Source: Octopus sinensis (Eukaryota). Taken from it: a stretch of DNA of 64,000 bases. The position numbers and the translations under genes are program-made. The notes beneath the pieces are model-generated. The model was not told the origin of the DNA. It worked only from the letters and a program-made list of their open reading frames with translations, and did not search any database. Shown here in pieces: positions 62,491-64,000 of the stretch. The stretch lies in NCBI RefSeq assembly GCF_006345805.1, contig NC_043024.1:8060001-8124000 (forward strand). Reading direction: 5' to 3'. The stretch's first letter is position 1. Each line of letters starts with the position of its first letter.

Positions 62491-63885
62491 CTTTCTACTA
62501 TAGGCATAAGGCCTGAAGTCTTGGGGGAGGTGTTAAATCGCTTACATCGACCCCTGTACTTCACTGGTGATAATCTTTTCTACTAAAAACACAAGGCCTT
62601 AAATTTGATCGATTATATCGATCTTGGTGTTTCTCTGGTACTTATGTTATCGACCCCGGAGGGGATGAACGGCAAAGTTGATTGACCTCGGCGGGATTTG
62701 AACTCAGAACGTAAACTAGCCGAAAGCAAAATATCGCGGCGAGCATTTTGTCCGACGCACTTATAATATCAGTAATGGCAACAACAATGCTTTCTTTATA
62801 ATAAAGTAACGTTACCTTTTTGGAGATCAGCAGTTTGGAAAGTTTTCCTTTTGGTAATCCGGTTCTTGTGAAGAGTTGTACTAAGTCCGGCAAAATTAAC
62901 TCTGTATCGAGATAGAATCCTTTTTACGTGATGGTGTTGTTTGATCACACAGACCAAAGATCGAACACACTCCACCTGTGACCACCCCTGTCTGTTTTGT
63001 GGATCTTTTTTTTTTTTTTTAGGTCTACAACATTAATTATCCTTTGTATCATTCCTCGTCCTGTTTAGGATCGGATTGATGTAATTTCAAGATGTAGCTG
63101 CTATTTCTCGCAGATCCACTGACCATTCTGATAATGTATAATTATTGATAATGCTTGTATATCTGATAATGCGGCTTTTATTTGGTGTATGATATGATAG
63201 AGCGTATGGTTGTACTATAATTAAAAATTGTTGCTTTTCTTTAAAGAAAAAACTATGTTAATCTTGATCAAACAAAGCTATGATCGGAGGCAGTCCAAAT
63301 AGGACCATCCCGTTTTGTTTTTCTGAAATAATGCAGCAGGTTGCCTGGGTCGCCAAATATGACGACAGGTTTTATTAATAAATAGCAAATGTTTTTTCAA
63401 ATCGTAGAACAAATTTTCTGTTTTGTTGTTATACTGAATACAAAAATACGAAGTGTGGCCGTGCTGGAGCACCACTTTGAGGAACTTGAAAGAATTGTGG
63501 CTACTATTTCTAGCAGATTCGGCGACCACATAGGAGCTCCTTCACTGTTGCGGTTGCTATGTGATGTAGCTTTAGTGAGAAATGATATATTGTTGTTGAG
63601 ATGGTTGTTGTTGTGAGTGGTGTCTGATAACAGTTGTGGTGGTGGCGGTAGTTGTGGTTGTGGTGGTAGTTCTTGAAAGCACCATCTAGTAAACTCGAAA
63701 GTATTGCTTCTGTACGTGTGGTGTGGGGGTGGAAGGAGGAGGGGGAAGAAGTGTGAAGGTGTGCATTGTGTGTGTGTGTGTGGATTTGTACGTGTGTGTG
63801 CGCGTGTGTGTGTGGTGTGTAAATGCGCGTATAGTGTGCATGTGATGTGGTGGTGGGGGGGAGCGTGTAACTTATCTGTGTGTTT

Positions 63886-63921
<36 letters not shown>

Positions 63922-64000
63922 AACGGAAGGAGAGTGGTGTGTGTAGAGAAGTGAGGTGAAAAGATAGATTGATAGATAGAGAGAGAGGGGGGGAAGTGAG

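Noticed and set aside
63090-63540. PLE protein based on 'LLEIAAK'-like translations of gctgctatttctagc
   Set aside because: The motif recurs as a short common repeat segment (also near 21950 and 45160) with no extended coding similarity.

Overview
AT-rich, microsatellite-dense eukaryotic genomic DNA. The SINE families (tRNA-like heads, CORE/Meta-like bodies, RTE-type tails) match what I recognise from octopus genomes, so the source is most likely Octopus (inference). Two convergent intron-containing genes could be assembled by hand from GT-AG sites and frame continuity. (1) The 3' five coding exons of a ZMYM2/3/4 (woc)-like DUF3504 gene on + (1956-11803). (2) A Stum/SPEC3-family membrane protein gene on - (3 coding exons, 39680 to 24865, 245 aa). 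Most of the remaining sequence is transposon debris: about five SINE families, two decayed mariners, a hAT (GTF2IRD2/Charlie-type) transposase relic, piggyBac, hAT and GG..CC MITEs, CR1, RTE, L1/Tx1 and Penelope-like (PLE) fragments, two minisatellites (56 bp and 41 bp) grown from transposon ends, and long simple repeats that explain most ORFs in the track. The most notable signal is a set of nine minimal type-I hammerhead-ribozyme-like motifs between 22.5 and 60.6 kb. They have four different catalytic-core variants (canonical CUGAUGA, C3U/G8A, U4C, A6U), and two pairs sit back-to-back in fold-back palindromes. Their activity is untested, and PLE-associated minimal hammerheads are known in general.
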